Positions 14,198-26,300 of a stretch of DNA of 64,000 nucleotides are shown one piece after another. The notes beneath the pieces were generated by a model. The model saw only the letters and a program-made list of their open reading frames with translations, was not told the origin of the DNA and searched no databases. The stretch is from Camelus ferus (taxonomy: Eukaryota), in NCBI RefSeq assembly GCF_009834535.1, contig NC_045707.1, positions 53,260,001 to 53,324,000 of the forward strand, written 5' to 3'. The position numbers and the translations under genes are program-made. Position 1 is the stretch's first letter. Every line of letters begins with the position of its first letter.

Positions 14198-14591
14198 AGA
14201 GAAGCTGACACCTGTTAATGCACCAAGAAGAGGCAGTAGGGCAGGAGAGATGGACGGGGCCGCCCTGAGGACGCCTGGCTCTTCCGAGTGCATCACGTGT
14301 CTCCTTACGCAGTGCTGGACAGCGGCAGGTGCCTGTGTGTCTGTGTTTGTGTGTGTTACAAGGTGTCGTTTTCTGGAAAGAGCGACCAGCCTTTCAAGGA
14401 CTACCTTGGAGCACGCTCCATTCTTTCTTTCCCTTAGTACCTATGAAGGGAACGTCAAAAAAGCCTTTACAAAGGGTGATGTATTTTTCATGTTAACCCT
14501 GAGAAACCTCCAACCTTAAGAAGCCCATAAAGTTATGTGTGCATGGAACCTTGTTCCTACATCCAGGAAAATCATTAAAACAGTAGAAGGG

Positions 14592-14715
14592 TTATATTAA
14601 TCAGGACTCTCAGTTGTGAGCAACAGAAGCTCACTCTGGTTGATTTAAACAGAAATCTACAAGGATATCAAGTTGTTCACAAAATCTCCAGGAGGGCTGG
14701 AGAATCAGACTGGAT
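14592..14715 (-). mobile_element. ERVL-MaLR LTR fragment (MLT1K/L/N-like)
   Basis: tattaatcaggactctcagttgtgagcaacagaagctcactctggttgatttaaacagaaa. Confidence 0.5.
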
Positions 14716-14759
14716 GCTGCCCTGCCATAGACGATACTCAAAGCCTGTGAACCCTGCAG

Positions 14760-15010
14760 CTGGTGCCGTCCAACATGGCTACTGAAATGTGGGCAGTCCT
14801 ACCAGAGATGACTAGTGAGTCCAAAACACACACTGGATTTCCAAGCTGAACATGAAAAAGAATGTAAAATATCTACTAGCACTGGAAAATATTGATTGCA
14901 GGTTGCAATGATAATACTTGGATACACTGTATTAAATAAAATGTTAGAAATTAATTTCGCCTGCTTTTTAGTTTTTTGGATGTAGTTACTAGAGAAATTT
15001 AAGTTACATC
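14760..15010 (+). mobile_element. hAT-Charlie non-autonomous DNA transposon (MER33-like)
   Basis: aaaacacacactggatttcc...aaagaatgtaaaatatct...tattgattgcaggttgcaatgataatacttggata...aattaatttcgcctgcttttt...tactagagaaatttaagttaca. Confidence 0.75.
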
Positions 15011-15885
15011 ATTCTCTCTGTTTTCTACTGATGGAAGCAAGGCCACTTCCCATATTCGGGGGAGGACAGGGTGGCCCCAGAAGAAGCTGTCAGAGGCCGT
15101 GTTTGGAGCATCTGAGTGCCTCCTGCAGCAACACCTGCCCCAACTGCTTCACAGCGACTATGGGCAAACGGCACCGGCACCAACACCGGGTGGGGAGGGA
15201 CCACTGGGTCAAGGCTCTATCGCATCTAGAGGTTTTGTTACAACATCTCAAAGGGCCTGGGAGCTGCCCACCCACTCTGGTCCTGGGAACCAGCCTCAGA
15301 CCAACTTTATCACCACACCTTCAGCTATTTTCAGGGTCTGGCGGCTGCCTTGACCCCCTCGCTCTGGCAGGTGAGTTCCCGGCTTTGCACCTGTAATTGC
15401 GACCTCCCATCCCACCCTGACCCCAGGGCCTGCCCCCTGCAGAGAGGACCCCCTCAGTGCCCGGGGTGGTGTCCACACAGCGTCCTGGGGGTTTACGACT
15501 GAGGACATGAGCAGTTCTCATGGATAAATCACTCCAGCTTTTCAGTCCTTCCCATCTTCCTTCCTCACGTGTTCACGTGAGCTTCTGGCACCTCCTCTTC
15601 ACTGGGGACGCCCCACCATCTCCAGGTTCAGTCAACAAGTGAAACAAAGTGCTGAAAGCGCCTCACCCAGAGGCCCCTAGTCGAAGACAAAATTCTCCTA
15701 CCTTTGTTGGGGCATCCCAGGACCCACTCCATGTGCCCCCAGAAGGCAGGAGCGGTTTCTAAGGCTCCGGCTATTAGGGACCCTTCCAGACTGCAGAGCT
15801 CTCCTCAGGAGCAGTTCTGAGCCAAGCTAATGACTCCAAGCCTCAATCAGCTGCCAGGCTTTGTGGTGAAATTTACTTCTTAAAG

Positions 15886-15967
15886 ATTTATATTTTTATT
15901 TTTATTTTTAAATTGTGGTAAAATAAACACAATTTAAAATTTACCATTTTAACCATTTTTAACAGTG
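15886..15967 (-). mobile_element. L1MB-like extreme 3' end with A-rich tail
   Basis: T-rich tail tttatatttttatttttattttta followed by aattgtggtaaaata...aaaatttaccattttaaccattttta. Confidence 0.7.
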
Positions 15968-17187
15968 CATACGGATGCAAAACATCTGTATTCTGAAAAC
16001 TATAAAACTCTGATGAAAGAAACTGTAGACGACATAAACAGATGGAAAGATATACCATGTTCTTGGATTGGAAGAATCCATATTGTAAAAATGGCCACAC
16101 TACCCAAGGCAGTCTACAGACTCGGTGCAATTCCTATCAAATTATGGCATTTTTGACAATGGCATTTTTCACAGAACTGGAACAAAAAAAAAAGTGTTAA
16201 AAATTTGTATGGAAACACAAAAGACCACAAATAGCCAACAAAATCTTGAAAAAGAAGAACAGAGCTGAAGGAATCATGCTCCCTGACTTCAGACTGTACT
16301 ACAAAGCTACAGTAATCAAAGCAGCATGGTACTGGCACAAAAACTGACACATAGATCAATGGAACAGGATAGAAAGTCCAGAAATAAACCCACACACTTT
16401 TGGTCAATTAAGCTATGACAAAGGAGGCAAGAATATACAATGAAGAAAAGACAGTCTCCTCAATAAGTGGTGCTGGGAAAGCTGGACAGCTACCTGTAGA
16501 AGACTGAAATTAGAACATTCTCTAACACCATGCACAAAAATAGACTCAAAATGGATTACAGACCTAAATGTAAAACCAGACATTATAAAACTCCTAGAGG
16601 ACAACACAGGCATAACACTCCGACACAAATCACAGCAATATTTTTTTGGATCCATCTCCCAGAGTAACGGACATAAAAGCAAAAATAAGCTAATGGAATC
16701 TTATTAAACTTAAAAGCTTTCGCATAGCAAAGGAAACCATCCACAAAATGAAAAGACAACCTGGAGAGAGAGAAAATATTTGCAAAAGATGAGACTGACA
16801 AGGGATTAATTTCCAAAATATACAAACAGCTCATACAGCTTAATACCAGAAAACTCAATCAAAAAAATGGGCAGAAGACCTAAATAGGCATTTCTCCAAA
16901 GAAGATATATGGCCAACAGGCACATGAAAAAATGCTTAATATAACTAACAATCAGAGAAATGAAAATCAAAACCACAATGAGGTATCACCTCACACTAGT
17001 CAGAATGGCCATTATTGAAGAGTCCACAAACAAATGCTGGAGAGGGCGCGGAGAACAGGGAACCCTCCTGCACTGCTGGTGGGAATGTAAATTGGAGCAG
17101 CCATTGTGGAGGACAGTATGGAGATTCCTTAAAAAACTAAAAAGACTTACCGTTGATCCAGCAACCCCACTCCTGGGCATATATCTG

Positions 17188-17191
<4 letters not shown>
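15968..17191 (+). mobile_element. LINE-1 ORF2 fragment (younger subfamily), frameshifted, truncated at both ends
   Basis: Translations [12 protein letters not shown]...[27 protein letters not shown] and [16 protein letters not shown]...[27 protein letters not shown] are L1 ORF2p hallmarks. Confidence 0.95.

Positions 17192-17221
<30 letters not shown>
17192..17221. repeat. (AC)15 microsatellite
   Basis: Direct read of 30 uninterrupted bases. Confidence 0.98.
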
Positions 17222-17223
<2 letters not shown>

Positions 17224-17699
17224 CTCTAAGACCTGGGTTGGGGGAAAAGGCATCCCTCATGCTCCCTCGCGGACCAGTGCGGAGACCGCGGTGCCGTCCC
17301 GCCTGCGCGGTGCCGTGTGGTGGGACACGTGACGGCGCGCGCAGGCGCACTGGTGCGCTCCCATCAGCTCGAGAGACTGCGGCTGTTTGCCTTGATGCTA
17401 AGGCTAGAGGGACTTGCCGTCGCCGCTGTTGGGACCGGTGTGCTCCTCCTCCTCCGCAATAAAGGCGCGTCCGAGAGCCCTGCGGCTCCGCTGGTCTTCC
17501 GTCTGCCAAATCCCCAGAGCGCCTGCAGTACACCAGGGACAGGAGACCGCGGGGACCCACGCGTCATCCATAGGGACGGTGTGACACAAGGGCTCTGCCG
17601 ATACTCTGTTTACTTTCTCCACCCAGGAGTGAGGTCTCCAAATGATAGGGACAGAAGGGGCCGAGGGAGAAGAGACGCAGCCTGGGGTGTGGACCCCTC

Positions 17700-18129
17700 T
17701 GTAACCTGACAAGGCCATGTGCCCGATGTGCAGGGAGGCCAAACCAAAACGTGGGAGTTTGGAGCAGAGGAAGGTTTACTGCTGGGTTGAGCAAGGACAC
17801 GTGGCTTGTGCCCCAAAACCCCAACTCTACAAAGGGGCTCAGCTGAGCCTTTTTAAAGGTGACTGGGGGAGGGGCGTTCCAGGGCAGGTGATCAGCTGTG
17901 CATAATTCTTTGGTTGATGGTGATCCATCCTTAGGAGCCAGGTCTCGGGGCCACATGCTTATGGTCATTAAGTAGTTAACTTCTTCCCTTTGGTGGTGGT
18001 TTTGAGCATCTGAAAACCTCAGGAAGCTTGCACGAGATTCTATAATCTGGGTCCTTTAGAGAGGAGCTGCAGCAGAGGATACAGGGAGGGTCTGTCTTGG
18101 GAGGCCCACTAGGGTCCTGCTTGGGTACA
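17700..18129 (-). mobile_element. ERV1 solo LTR, cetartiodactyl MER41-like
   Basis: 430 bp bounded by TG...CA (tgtaacc...gggtaca) with near 4-bp TSD cctc/tctc. The minus strand has TATA-like cctttaaaaa and a polyA-signal variant AGTAAA followed by ccttcctctgctccaaactcc, resembling recalled MER41_BT-type consensus. Confidence 0.82.
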
Positions 18130-18631
18130 TCTCCAGGCCTTGGCAATTCCTGCCCAGTTCTGAGAACGAGCTTAGGTGATGATCAGGGATGCCTGGACCA
18201 CGGCTGGCTGGCCCTGTGCAATAACGGTGCACCTGTGCTCACCTGGGGGCACACAGTCACCTGGGGTCTTGTTAAATAGCCAGTCAGGCAAAGAAATTGA
18301 AAGAATAAGAGAATCTGGAAAGATGAGGCAAGAAAAATATCCCAAATTTTAGTAAGGGGGAAAAGTAGATTCAGGGACTTCTCTGTGTTTCCCACCCGAT
18401 GGAAGCTCTGTCTCTGTCTTCAAACCTGCAGCAGCCTTCTCGCTGGGCTGGTCCTCTGGGAGCACCTGAGCCATGGAGAGCCAGGTAGAGTGTGTGTCGG
18501 GTCACCGGGGCACATGTAGCTGGCAGGCCCTTGCTGGCTCGGGCAGTCCCAGCCCAGCCCGCCACAGGGTCCAGGGCTGAGCCACTGTGTCCCAGGCCCT
18601 GCACCTCAGTGTGGCCACGCCAGATCACCGG

Positions 18632-18790
18632 TTTTATCTTCACTGTAGTGAAACACACATAACATAAAAGCTACTGTTAAAAACCACCCTAAACTGTATA
18701 GGTCAGGGGCAATACCATCCTTCTCCAGAACTTTCTCACTATCCCAGCTGAAACTCTGTCCCCACTAAACACTAACCTCCCTCCCCCCGT
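18632..18790 (-). mobile_element. L1MB-like 3'UTR fragment
   Basis: acacataacataaaa...ccatccttctccagaactttctc...ctgaaactctgtccccactaaacactaac. Confidence 0.7.
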
Positions 18791-21045
18791 GTCCTCTCTT
18801 TGGTTCCTCTCCATACTCGCCCGTCCCTACAGGACCTGTGGCCCCGCTGGCCTCACGGCAGGTGGGGCGGAGGGCTCTGCCGTCCTGATTGGGACGCAGC
18901 TGTGGGCAGGCCCTCTGGCGCTGGTCCAGCTTGTGGGCCTCTCAGGGGTGTCCTGGCTGTGCTCCTGGGCCCACAGCACACTCCTGCCCTCTGCCTGGAG
19001 TGGGGACTTTCTTCTGTCCCCTGGGCCCAGATGCATCGTGGTCTCCCCAGTCCTGGAGAGCGGTTCTCCTGGAAGGCGGGCTGTGTTCTGCAGGGGGTAG
19101 GGAGAGGGACCAGCAGGTCTGGGTGGCCCTGGGCTCTGCCAGCATCACAGGAACCCCCTCCTCAGGACTCTTGGGGTCGTGGTGTGGACCGAAGTTAAAT
19201 AAAGGCATATGATGCAAGAAAATGGGGGAGAAAAAGGAATTCCAGGGGAAAAACACAAAGCTGAACCAGAAACTTCTATTCAAAGAAACAGTAAGAAAAA
19301 GTCAGGCTACTGCTGTCATCAGTTTCCACGCCCGGGGCTGGGCACAGTCAGTCAGTCAGGTTATCCAGCTGAGGCGGGAGGACCCGAGGGGGCTGAATCC
19401 TTGCTGTTTGTGTGGGATGACTGCCCAGGTCGTAGTGCAGATGCTGGGCGAGGTGATGGACTCGAGTGAACGGGGCGGGGAGGTGGCTGCGCCCCACCTG
19501 AAGCTCAGCTGGACTGTTTTCCTCATCACCTTGGACGGCACCACTTTGATGACAATTTAAAAGAACCCCAAGCCAGGTAATTCACCAATACATGCATGAT
19601 GCAACGATAAAAAGGTAAAAATAAAGACAGAGAACAGAAACGGTGAACAAAAGAGGAAGGAGAGATTTGTTGTAAAAATGGGTCAGGGTGATTGACCTGG
19701 GGGTGGAGGCCTCCTGAGGACGTTGGGGGGCAGGGTGGGAAGGGGGTGCCTGATGACAGGGTGGTGGCAGATTCAGGGTTTTGTATCTATAAGTGGACTA
19801 ACACAGTCCTTTCAGAGTACTTCTAAAAGAATCCTTCTTAAAGACAAGGAAAAAAACAAGAAAAAAACATACTAATATAAAGGCATCTCAGAATGTATCT
19901 TAGAAAGAAAAACTCTGCCAAGTTCCCTTAAACCTTTAATCCCAAAATGCTTAGATAATTTAATGAGGAGAGAACCGCTCTTTCCTGACAACCCTTGGGC
20001 AGTGGGGAGTAATCACCTTTGAGATCTGGAGCTGTAATCTCAAGAGTCTGGGGATGCACCTGGGGGAGGTCTTCAGGGGAGCCTGGGGCCCGGGGGAGCC
20101 TGAGGCCCGAGGGCCCCTGAGCTGTGCAGGAACATCAGCTTCGGAAGGTGTGGTCCCTACGTGGCATGCAGGCTGCTAAGTACCACCAGAGAGCAAAGGT
20201 GTTCCCGCGAGTCACGTGGTGAACTGCCGTCTGAGTAAAGGGACGTGGGCAAGAGGCTGGCAGAGCCAACTGTGAAGCAGAGGAGCCATGTGATCTGCGA
20301 GAGGAGCGACTGTGGTGCAGAAGCTGTCCTGGGAAGAGCCCTGCCATGTGTGGCCAGGAAGGAGGCTGCATCTATCCAGTACCTGTGGTGTGCGGCTGGC
20401 AGCCCCACCGCCCACTCCTGGCTGAAGGCAGCAAAGTGGGGCTTGGTCCAGGCCTCGGTGCGATGCTAAAGTGATGACCACCGTGACGGGGACAACAATG
20501 TCCTCTGTGCCAGATCCCGTTCAGTGAGTGCAGGGCCCCTTAATTACCCCATTTCACCCCTAAAGGACCAGGCATGAGGGTAAGGGGGCCAACTAACGTG
20601 GTTCAAGAAACACACCTGCCTTTGTCCGAGGTCTTATGCTCAATGACCATCTAAGGAGACTCCCGTTGTCCCCAGACAGCGGCTCCTGGGAGCTTACAAC
20701 CACCTATGGCGGGGGGGAGGGCATCTCCCATTATTTGTCAGCTCAACCTCCATAATCAGCCACTTTTTCAGGAGAAATCACCCTAATCCCTTAGTTTCTC
20801 TGCACTACTCCTGTTCACAGCTGATGTTTTCTGTAGCTGCAAAGGCTTTGAGAGTCAAAAGGACCCCAATGCCCCTCAGGGAAGAGGACAAAGGAGAGAT
20901 GGTGGGCCAGACCCCAGCCTCAGGGACAAATACAGGCCCAGTCCTGGAGCCTGACCTGCGGCATGCAGGGGACGTGAGGGCAGGGAGGTGCCACCATGGG
21001 CAGCTCCAACTCTGATTTCATTGCTAATGTGAATTTAATTCAGGA

Positions 21046-21187
21046 CCTTAACGACGTCTTAAAATGGCTTTTGTATTTAATTACGGGTAACCCAGGTAAG
21101 TACAGGTGAGCAATCCTTACAACAACTTGAAACGGCTTTTGTATTTAATTATGGGTAACCCAGGTAAGTACAGGTGAGCAGTCCTTA
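21046..21187 (+). repeat. 68-bp period tandem duplication, 2 copies
   Basis: ggcttttgtatttaatta(c/t)gggtaacccaggtaagtacaggtgagca(a/g)tcctta starts at 21066 and 21134. Confidence 0.95.
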
Positions 21188-23059
21188 GGCAGGCACAGGA
21201 AATCCAAGAGCATTAATGGCTTCCAATGACCTATGGTGTATTGTGTTGTAAGTGTAACTAAATTGCTTCCTTCAAATGCAGCTCATTGCTGATTAATAAA
21301 AATGTGTTCTCTATTTACACGATACTTATCATCCCAGTGTACTTTACAGGCCAAATAACATTTCATAAATGTGGGTGCAAATTATATTTAACTTGCATCA
21401 ACAGATTAGAGACTCAGCTCTGCTAATGCTGATGCAATCAGGTGAATTTAAAAGAACGTTGAATCGATTTTCTTTTCCTGAAGACAGTCGTCTTGGAAGG
21501 ACTCTTATATTTTTTCCTGTGGTCCTTATGTTCTCACCATCATAAAAAGAATTCCTGATCTTAAATTCTGCCCCCCCCCCACCGCCTCTGTATATGGGGA
21601 ATTGAGCATAGGAGCCCCACAGCTGTCCCGTCCCCTGGCTCTGTGCTAAGTGTTGTTTTTAAAAAAGGCCCTGAAAATAGAATCTCCTCTCAGAGACTGA
21701 AGATCCCAGGAGGGTCCTTTCACCTGCCTCCCTTTTCTATTTCCAAGTCTTGTTTGTGACAAAGTGCTGGCAGGTGGGGTAGGGACGCCAGAGTCCAACA
21801 CACACGGGCATTTCTGTAGCACAGGCAGAAGGTGGGTTATGAGAGAAACCCCACTTGGGTGTCTCTCCTCCTGGGGTTCCTGGAAGCAGAATTCATTCTT
21901 CCTTCTTGCAGGTAGCCATGGCTCCCTGGGTGGGGGACTTCCAGGGGCAATGGACCTAGGACTTTGGAACTACAATAGGACTCAACTGACCCCAAACCTA
22001 ATGCAAGCAGGTGACACTCTCCATCCTTGGAACTCGGCAGGCTTCCCAGATGCCCCGTCCTAATCCTGCGATCACTTGCCCATGGCACTTAGAGATGGTC
22101 AGGGTATTTGAGAGCTGCTTCCAAGTCATGCTCCAGAGCCACAACCCGCAAAAGAACTCCTGGAACTGAGAGAGATTCTCCCTACCCCTGTCTTGGCAAT
22201 GTTTAAAATTTACATCAAGAATCACAGGTGCTTAGCGCTGTGGGCACCTTCACGGTAACTGGCTCGTCCCGCGGCCAGCGAAGGGCGGCACCTGCACTCT
22301 GGCAGCCGCTGTAAGGTCAGCGCTGTGGGATGGTCCTGGGGCCCACGCTTTCCTGCATCAGGTGACATTTCATAGGGGAGGGGTGGGAGCCGAGGTGACG
22401 TGTGTCACTCAGGCACAGTCCTCTGGCTGGAGGGTGGGCTCCGGCCCAGAACAGCACCAGGGAGGGTGTGGGTCCCACATCATCACCCCACCAACCAGGA
22501 CACCACACTGGACATCAGTCAGAAATGGACTTTCATTGCGTCAGGTCATAGAATTTGGTGTTTGTATATTACCAAAACCAGCATTACCCTAGCTGGTGCA
22601 CCAATGACGGACAGTCACTGCCTGAACATTTTCCTGCTTGGCAGGGCCGTCCACTCTATTTCTGAATTAGTAGATCACTGTTCTTTATCATGATAGAAAC
22701 CCCTTCCTCAGCCGCCACACATGGAGATCCGAGTCCCATTAGCCACACCCGGATCTGTATTTTCAAAGGTTTACATTTACCAATAGGTGAAGTACAGCTT
22801 TACTGTAGGACGGCTGTTACCCACCCATCACACCCCTGAGCAGGTGAGTACCAGGGTGTGCCCAGAACAAGCTCTGATTGGACCCGAAGGGAGAACTCAG
22901 CGTCCAGGTCAGTAAAACGCGGGGCCCGGGCTGGATTCTGGGCCCCTCACCTCCTCCAGCTCTCATAGTCAGCCTGCCTCTGCAATGAGGCTGAAAACCC
23001 ACTGTATCTGGATGTGATGTTTCCCCAGGAAAAGACTTATTTGCAATCACGTGTCCTTC

Positions 23060-23335
23060 TAAAACCTTGATCCCCATCAAGAGGTGGACTCTATTTCCTC
23101 AGCTCCTTAACCCGATGAGCTCCTGTGACAAATGCCTGGACAAACGGGAACAGAGGAAGGGTCCTGTGGGACTCCTGAGGGGCGAGAACTTTCTCTCCGG
23201 CCCCAGGCCACCGGGAGAGTCTGCATGTCAGTGCTTTGGCCACAGCCAGGCCAGGCGTGTGAGCCTTGTGGCAGAGTGGAGAAGAGACCTAGCCCTGCCC
23301 AAGTGACAGATGTGTGAGCAAAATAAACAGCGGTG
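23060..23335 (+). mobile_element. ERVL-MaLR LTR fragment (MLT1F/H-like)
   Basis: cccatcaagaggtggactctatttcctc...tgtgac, and terminal ccctgcccaagtgacagatgtgtgagcaaaataaa. Confidence 0.6.
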
Positions 23336-26300
23336 TCCCAGGGCAGTGGACATTGGACGTCCCATGACAGCCCCAGGCTGCCATCCTGTTCCTCTGGTGA
23401 GTCAGGCCGATGAGGCCATAGAGCCCACACCAGGCCACCAGGGATTTCCCAGCAAGAAAACAAACCAAAAAAGTCGTGGTATCAATATTTGTACTCTTGT
23501 GGTCAGGGACCCTGCTCATTCCCAGGCATTCAGAGAAGGGGGCGTAGGCAGAAATTTTGGAAGGTGGGAGGACTGACTATAGAGGGAATGAGGCTACATG
23601 TGTCCGTCCCTGGCAAGGACGTCCACATGGGGCGAGGAGCCTGGCTGCAGGAGGGTGGGTGTGGTTGGGGCTGACGGGGACAGTGCCACTGGGAGTCCAT
23701 GAGTCTGTCTCTGAAGCTCTTCTGGGAAAGCCTCACCTGAGGCCCACACGAGGCTGCAAGCTGGCTTTTCAAGGAGTGTCCAGATCCTCCTTTGGGTGGT
23801 GGCCCTGGGGCCATGTGAGCGGTCTGTGATGTGCGCTGAGGCACACGCCAGCTTCTGTGTGTGTTTCACTCGCAAGGTCCGTGTGTTGCACCAGAGCGCA
23901 GAGTGGAAGCTGCTCCTGGCAGATTCGCAGCTCTCATCTTTCCTCAGAAGGAGGGGGCATTACCTCACCCAAGGAAAGGCCCCATTACTCCTCCTCACGA
24001 GACTGACTGTTCTCCGTTAGCTCTTCCATAAGTATTTCACATTTTTCTAGAAAACACATCAATATTATTCATAATTGACACCCTCCCCTTGGATGACTTA
24101 GGGCGTACTTCTGCCAAGACATGAATTCAGATGCTAAACTTCATTCAATGTCAATGACGCTGTGATTATTCTGGAAGCTTTTCTTGATATTCAATTTTCA
24201 TTCATTTTGCTTATGACTAATTTAAATAAGGGACTGTCTTTATGTGTTAAACATGTTGCCAGGGCTTTAGCTGATAACTGCACGGTGCGTGAGCTCCCAG
24301 TCTCTTCCCAGATCTGGGGCCAAGCTAAAGTAAAGTGAGCTATGTCTCCAGATTGGAGGAAAATCTATTATAATTCTTTTGAAGACTGTGAGCGAAAATA
24401 CAGGCAACGGCAGGATTATTTTTAATACCAGAAAGCACTTGCAGTATTTTTGTCACAGCGCTATGGAAACTGCAGTCAGTCACAAGCGGACGCCTCACCG
24501 AGCAAAATGTTCCTTCCTGCAGACCTGAGCCAGTTCTGACTCACTTATCTAACTGGATGCTGTGCGGTCAGTCAGAACAAATTCACGTTTGAAATGTCGA
24601 TGGTCCCAGTAATCACTCCAGCCCACATTTAGTCAGATTGAGCGAAGCCCAGAGGTTGCTCATGGACCCGCTCTGGATGGCCCACGGCCCCCACCCAAAG
24701 GGGCTGGCTTCACCCCGTGGTGGCCCTGCAGCCCCTGCACCCTGAGAGTGGCAGTCACCCCGGGAAGACCTGGCCTGTCAGGGATCTGGACTCACCTTCT
24801 TTTACACCAGGGGCATTCCAGGCCCAGTCCCTCCCCACAGGCCACCTCAGCCAGCAGGGCTCCCTGGGGGCACCTCTCAGAATCACCCTCACACTCGGCC
24901 GTCTTCTGGCTGGGGGTGCTGGGTAGGGAGGGTCTTCCAGCCTCGGCCACATGCTCGCTGGGTCAGCATCCCACGAGCACTGCAACCCAGGTCTCAGATC
25001 AACCTGGCCTCTTTCTGGACTCTGACCTCTCCTCCAGCCTTCAGTCGGAAAGTGTCTCAGGGCTAAGAAGACTGTGGAAACTGACTCGCAGCCTCTCGGC
25101 CCCACATTCCAACAGCTCTGGGGAGAGGAGCTCTGGTCGACACACACAACCGTCCACCTGTCTTAGTCTGTAATTCAGGTAACTCTTCCCGGCACAAAGA
25201 AGGCCCCTGAGGGACCCTGGCCTCGCCGCCACAGCATGGGGTAGTCACTCTGCTTACAGAGCTGTCCACGTTCCCCCAGGACACCAGCCGGGTGTCCAGG
25301 CTTCTCAACATGAGGAAGCAAAGGTGAGGTTCTGTAGAGCAATGACACATTCTGCACTTGGACAAATGATATCTGCACCCAAAGTGCCTGGAGCCACTGC
25401 CTCACTAGCGACACCTGTGAGCCTGGGACCGACCCTCCGTCACCCTTCCTGCAACATTTGCAGAGCACTCGGTCGCACCTGTAAGGCATCTTGCAGCCTC
25501 AGGTGGAACGTGTTAGGGTGACAAGGGTCCCCCTGCTGCAGGCCCCTGTCCTCGTCCTCGTCCTCCAAGGAAGCAGGAAAGGTTCCTCCCTGCAGGTTCC
25601 CAGGGAGGAACAGTGCCTCCTTCTCTCACCCATGGCCTCATCCGTCACCTCCAGGAAAATCGTTCCCGGACCCACATGCCCGGCTCTGCGTTCCCTCCGG
25701 AGCACCAGACACCTGCACCCGGGCCTGCCAGCACCTCAAACTTGTGCCTAAAATAAGGATCATTGTCTGGCCCCTAAATTTGGTCCCGTGCTCCCCTTTC
25801 TGGTCAAGGGTCTTCCTGATGCCTCCTGCCCTCTGCGCTCGGGCCTGACCAGCTGACCAGCCAGAGGAGGCATTTCCTTTCTCCTGTGTATCCAGCACCT
25901 GCTGGCTCGTAGGGAGGACATGAGCTTAAATCTGGACATGCGAGGAGCTGGGACTCAGGAAGGGGAGACAGAGCATCTGTGTTGCGTGAGTGCGAGGGAC
26001 GGGGTCCAAGGGGAAAGACCAGGCGTGGTTTCCAGGGAAACAGGAGGGAAGGGGCTGACGTGTGTGCGTGCCCACTTTGTCCGGTCTAACACCCGCTTTG
26101 GTGTGGGTTTCCCCGGAAGCAGGTCCTCAGGCAGGTAGCTTGGCTGAGTTGAGGAAGGCCAAGTGCTTTGCAGAGACAGAGCTGAGGTCAGAAGTGAGGC
26201 GCTTGCAGGGAGGGTCACAGACCTGCAGGCGGCGGGGCAGCGGGGCGGCGGGGCGGGTGTGTGCCAGACGCAGACGCTATGTTATTACCTCACGCCTGCG

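Noticed and set aside
15965..17229. L1 ORF2-like peptides as active genes
   Set aside because: Fragmented by stops and frameshifts, with no ORF1, endonuclease or promoter.
21046..21187. CRISPR-like repeat-spacer array
   Set aside because: Only two contiguous copies with no unique spacers, in a mammalian context with no cas genes.
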